In this document: positions 61,196 through 64,000 of the stretch, piece after piece
Numbering within the stretch: the stretch's first letter is position 1
How the letters are laid out: each line of letters starts with the position of its first letter
From: Entomortierella parvispora E1425
Lineage: Eukaryota; Fungi; Mortierellomycota
DNA: 64,000 bases
Assembly (NCBI GenBank): GCA_020891255.1
Contig: BQFW01000008.1
Location: forward strand, 1,240,001-1,304,000
Direction: 5' to 3'
The notes under the pieces: model-generated
Told to the model about the DNA's origin: nothing
The model's database searches: none
Seen by the model: only the letters and a program-made list of their open reading frames with translations
Position numbers and translations under genes: made by a program

Positions 61196-62894
61196 GACAC
61201 TGACAGAGGTGGTTATGGGGGGCAGAGAGAGGGCGACGGACGTTTTGAAGTATGCAGTGTATGATCTAACAATGTAAATGAGAGGCAGGAGCCGTGAAGT
61301 GAAAGCAAGGGGGGAGTGGGGGAGTGGGTTTGTGAGGTTGACAAAAAAAGGAGATTGAAATAAAGGAGGGAGGTGCAGTGGGGAGGAAAAAAAAAGTGCG
61401 GCAAAACCACTGGCCAATTGAACTGATATTTATAACCGTGGCGACAGGGCTTTCGTTGCTCACAGCTTGATGAGAATAAAGAGAAAGTACGTCGACGGTG
61501 GGGAAGGAGAGATGTATTATGGATATGGTACAGCGGATAAAGAAAGGATCAAGTGCGATCGATGGGCGTAATCAGGCAGACTGGAGATTATAATATGCTG
61601 CAGAGAGATTGTGTGTTACAAAAGGTAAGGCAGGGGTTGTGTTTGAGGTGTGTCCGACAGAGAGCAGTAACGGTCGATAAAGATGCAGGACGCAAGATGG
61701 AGATGAGGAGACAGAAGGAAGAGGAATGAAAAAGAATTGAAAGGCAGAAAGCAAGAGGTTGACAGAGAAGAGAAAGAGAAGGAAGGCAAGCGAACAAAAA
61801 AAAAAAAAAAGTGGATAAAGAGTGCTATCCTGGTGGAAAAACGTGCTGGTTCTGCCCAAGGTCAACCTGCGTGTCTGTGTCTCCGTCTTTGGCTTTGTCT
61901 CCGAGAAAGGAAGCAGGCGAGAAGTGATGCGAGCAATGCGTGCGTGCGATGGACTCCCAGACACAGCCCTGCGAGAGTGATTCGAGGAGGGAGCAACAAC
62001 GGCCCGGGGAATGGTAGCGATGGTAGAGTGCTAGGCAAGGAGAGATGATGGTGAGGAGACACGCAACGAGGAGAGGGAGAGCGAAGGAGGATGGAATGAG
62101 AGCGCCAGAAAAAAAAAAAAGATGGAATGAGGGAGGAGGTGGGAGGGATGAAGGAGGATGGGGAGGAGAGGAAAGGAGGAGGGGAGGAGAAAGGGAGAGG
62201 GAGAGGGAGACGGTGCAAGGAAGGAAGAAAAAGGACCTGAAGGAAGGAAGAAAACAAGAAAAGAGAAGAGAAGAGAAAAGAGGCGAGTGAGGCAAGAAGA
62301 GCTTTGCTCGTTCGTCCAACGGGTTTTTTTGGGTCAGTTGTTTTTATTGTTTGTTTGTTCATCTATCTGTCCATTGTTACTGAAGAGCAAGGTCAGGGTG
62401 GGCATCTGCACCCTCGTTTCGCTCTATCCCGAGGACAAGCATCTTTGCCATACCCCTTTCCCCAATGATAACAGATAGAGGGACGCGTGCAGTGTCAGGC
62501 ACAAGTTTCGCGTCGCGACACTGGACGCCGTTCTGAGGGATGGATCCGGCCCCTTTGTGGCCGGGGGTGGGAAATAGTTCATATAAAGAGAGAGATAGAG
62601 GGGAGGGAGCGCTGTTTGTTCCTGGTTCCTGTTTCAAGGCAAAGAGGCAGACAGACCGCTTACAGCTGCAAACAACTCTCCACTCGCCAACGGGGACAAA
62701 AGTCAGCGTTGAGAGCATCTTTGTCTGGACCACAACAGAGCATCTGGTGAGCCTGAACACAAATCAACCAGCCATTTCAAACAAAATGTTATTTGTGGAC
62801 CCAGCAGCGAGTCTTTACGTTCGGCCATTCGGTTTATCCCTCTTGTCGCGTGCGCCTGGAGGACGCACAGAGAAGTTAACTCTGTCGACCTGTC

Positions 62895-62954
62895 GGTGGT
62901 GGTGGTGATGGTGGTGATGGTGGTGGTGGTGGTGGTGGTGGTGGTGGTGGTGGT
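62895..62954. repeat. (GGT)n microsatellite, about 20 units with two GAT interruptions
   Basis: Read directly from the sequence; lies in the long intergenic/5' leader region. Confidence 0.9.
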
Positions 62955-63620
62955 CAATGGAGGTGCAAGTGTGGCGGTCGTTGAGGCAGTCGTGTTGAAG
63001 GCAGATCTTGTTCCTGTCTCTAACTCTGTCTTTTGAAGCACCTTTCCCTGCAAGTAGGTCTCCAGCAGCTAATATAGACAGAGCGAGTGGACAGAGAAAG
63101 AAAAAGAAGCAGAAACAGAAACGGAAAACGAAAAAGAAAGAGAAAAAGAAACAGAAAAGGAGAGACGCGTCCCAAAGAGTCCCACGTTTTGGGAACAAAG
63201 TGAGGCCAGTCTGATCCAAGTGCGCCACCAAAATCAAAAAAAAATCCATCACTTATCCCAAAAAGAAATATTCGAATCACTCAGACCCTCCACGTCGATT
63301 CATCCGTCTCCCGCGCTGTCGACACGTTCTTTGCTCCCACACGGCCACCATAAATTTCTGGCGGGTGTCCTCAACTGCAAGTCACTTTCACTTTTCTTAA
63401 AGGTAGTGCATCCATCCAGCCAGCCAGCCCCTTTACTTCACGTCCTTTCTGCATCTCTCTTCATCCTCTACCCCCCCTCTCTCTTTCTCGCTGTCTCTCT
63501 TTCCTCGGAAATATCTCATTCTCTGCTCCATCCTGAGGGAATCTCGCTCATCCACAGTCGTATCACAGAGAGTAGAGACCTGCTTGCACATCTGGGGAAT
63601 ATCTACACATCCCTACTCTG

Positions 63621-63947
63621 ATGACCGAGGGACGCTCATCTTCAACCCTGTCGCCAGACGCGGCTCCATCCACTACTTCCACATCTGTAACTGTGTCGCT
63701 GGCCAACAAACTCACAGCACAACAGCGCACCCACCAATCCAGCCTGGCCACCACTGACGAAACCCCTGGCTACGAATTGCAATGGTCCCATTTGGTCCAT
63801 GCTGAAATCATCTCGGTCACAAGCGCTATGCGCCGTAACTCTCGATGGTCTGGCATGAGTGTCAGTGGACTGAATATGGGCAGTCTGGGCATGAACATGG
63901 GTCTTCGTGGACGTGAGAATCAAAAGGAGGGAACATATCGCAATCAG
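63621..63947 (+). CDS. First exon of an ARF-GEF of the Gea/GBF1 type (runs off the window)
   Basis: MTEGRSS...WSHLVHAEIISVTSAMRRNSRW resembles the N-terminal DCB helix of Gea/GBF1; GT donor at 63948; CT-rich leader upstream. Confidence 0.7.
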
Positions 63948-64000
63948 GTACTCGCATTCGATGCTGGAATCAAATTGTGTTGCCATTTGCGCTGGGAGCT

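Noticed and set aside
61200-63620. Many short Leu/Phe/Ser- or Lys/Arg-rich ORFs and a poly-His/poly-Thr ORF
   Set aside because: Products of CT-rich 5' leaders and the GGT microsatellite in a divergent promoter region.

Overview
Eukaryotic, intron-rich, roughly 50% GC fungal DNA. Gene style and families suggest an early-diverging fungus such as Mortierellaceae; this is inference, and no searches were run. Most of the window is housekeeping genes: MCC alpha 3' end, RAE1, GPATCH11-like, CWC2, TMA22/DENR, a WW/FF protein, DBP9, BET3, ERG13, TIM23, a START-domain protein and a GEA/GBF1 5' end. Non-coding RNAs are an RNase MRP RNA and two divergent tRNA genes. Three things stand out. (1) At 30.9-36.0 kb, a five-exon gene models to a 1,580-aa Fanzor1-like (TnpB-derived, putatively RNA-guided) nuclease. 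It has an intact rearranged RuvC D-E-D triad, a ~380-aa unexplained N-terminal extension, candidate omegaRNA hairpins overlapping its 3' end, and no neighbouring transposase. (2) A Ty3/gypsy element sits 18 bp upstream of tRNA-Lys, between two tRNA genes, and carries a second, chromodomain-bearing gypsy element nested in its RT. Both LTR pairs look identical. (3) An FHA + PP1-docking + FxTP-repeat protein has Ki-67-like architecture. A decay zone at about 15-19.7 kb holds DIRS-like, PB1 and possible LRR remnants.
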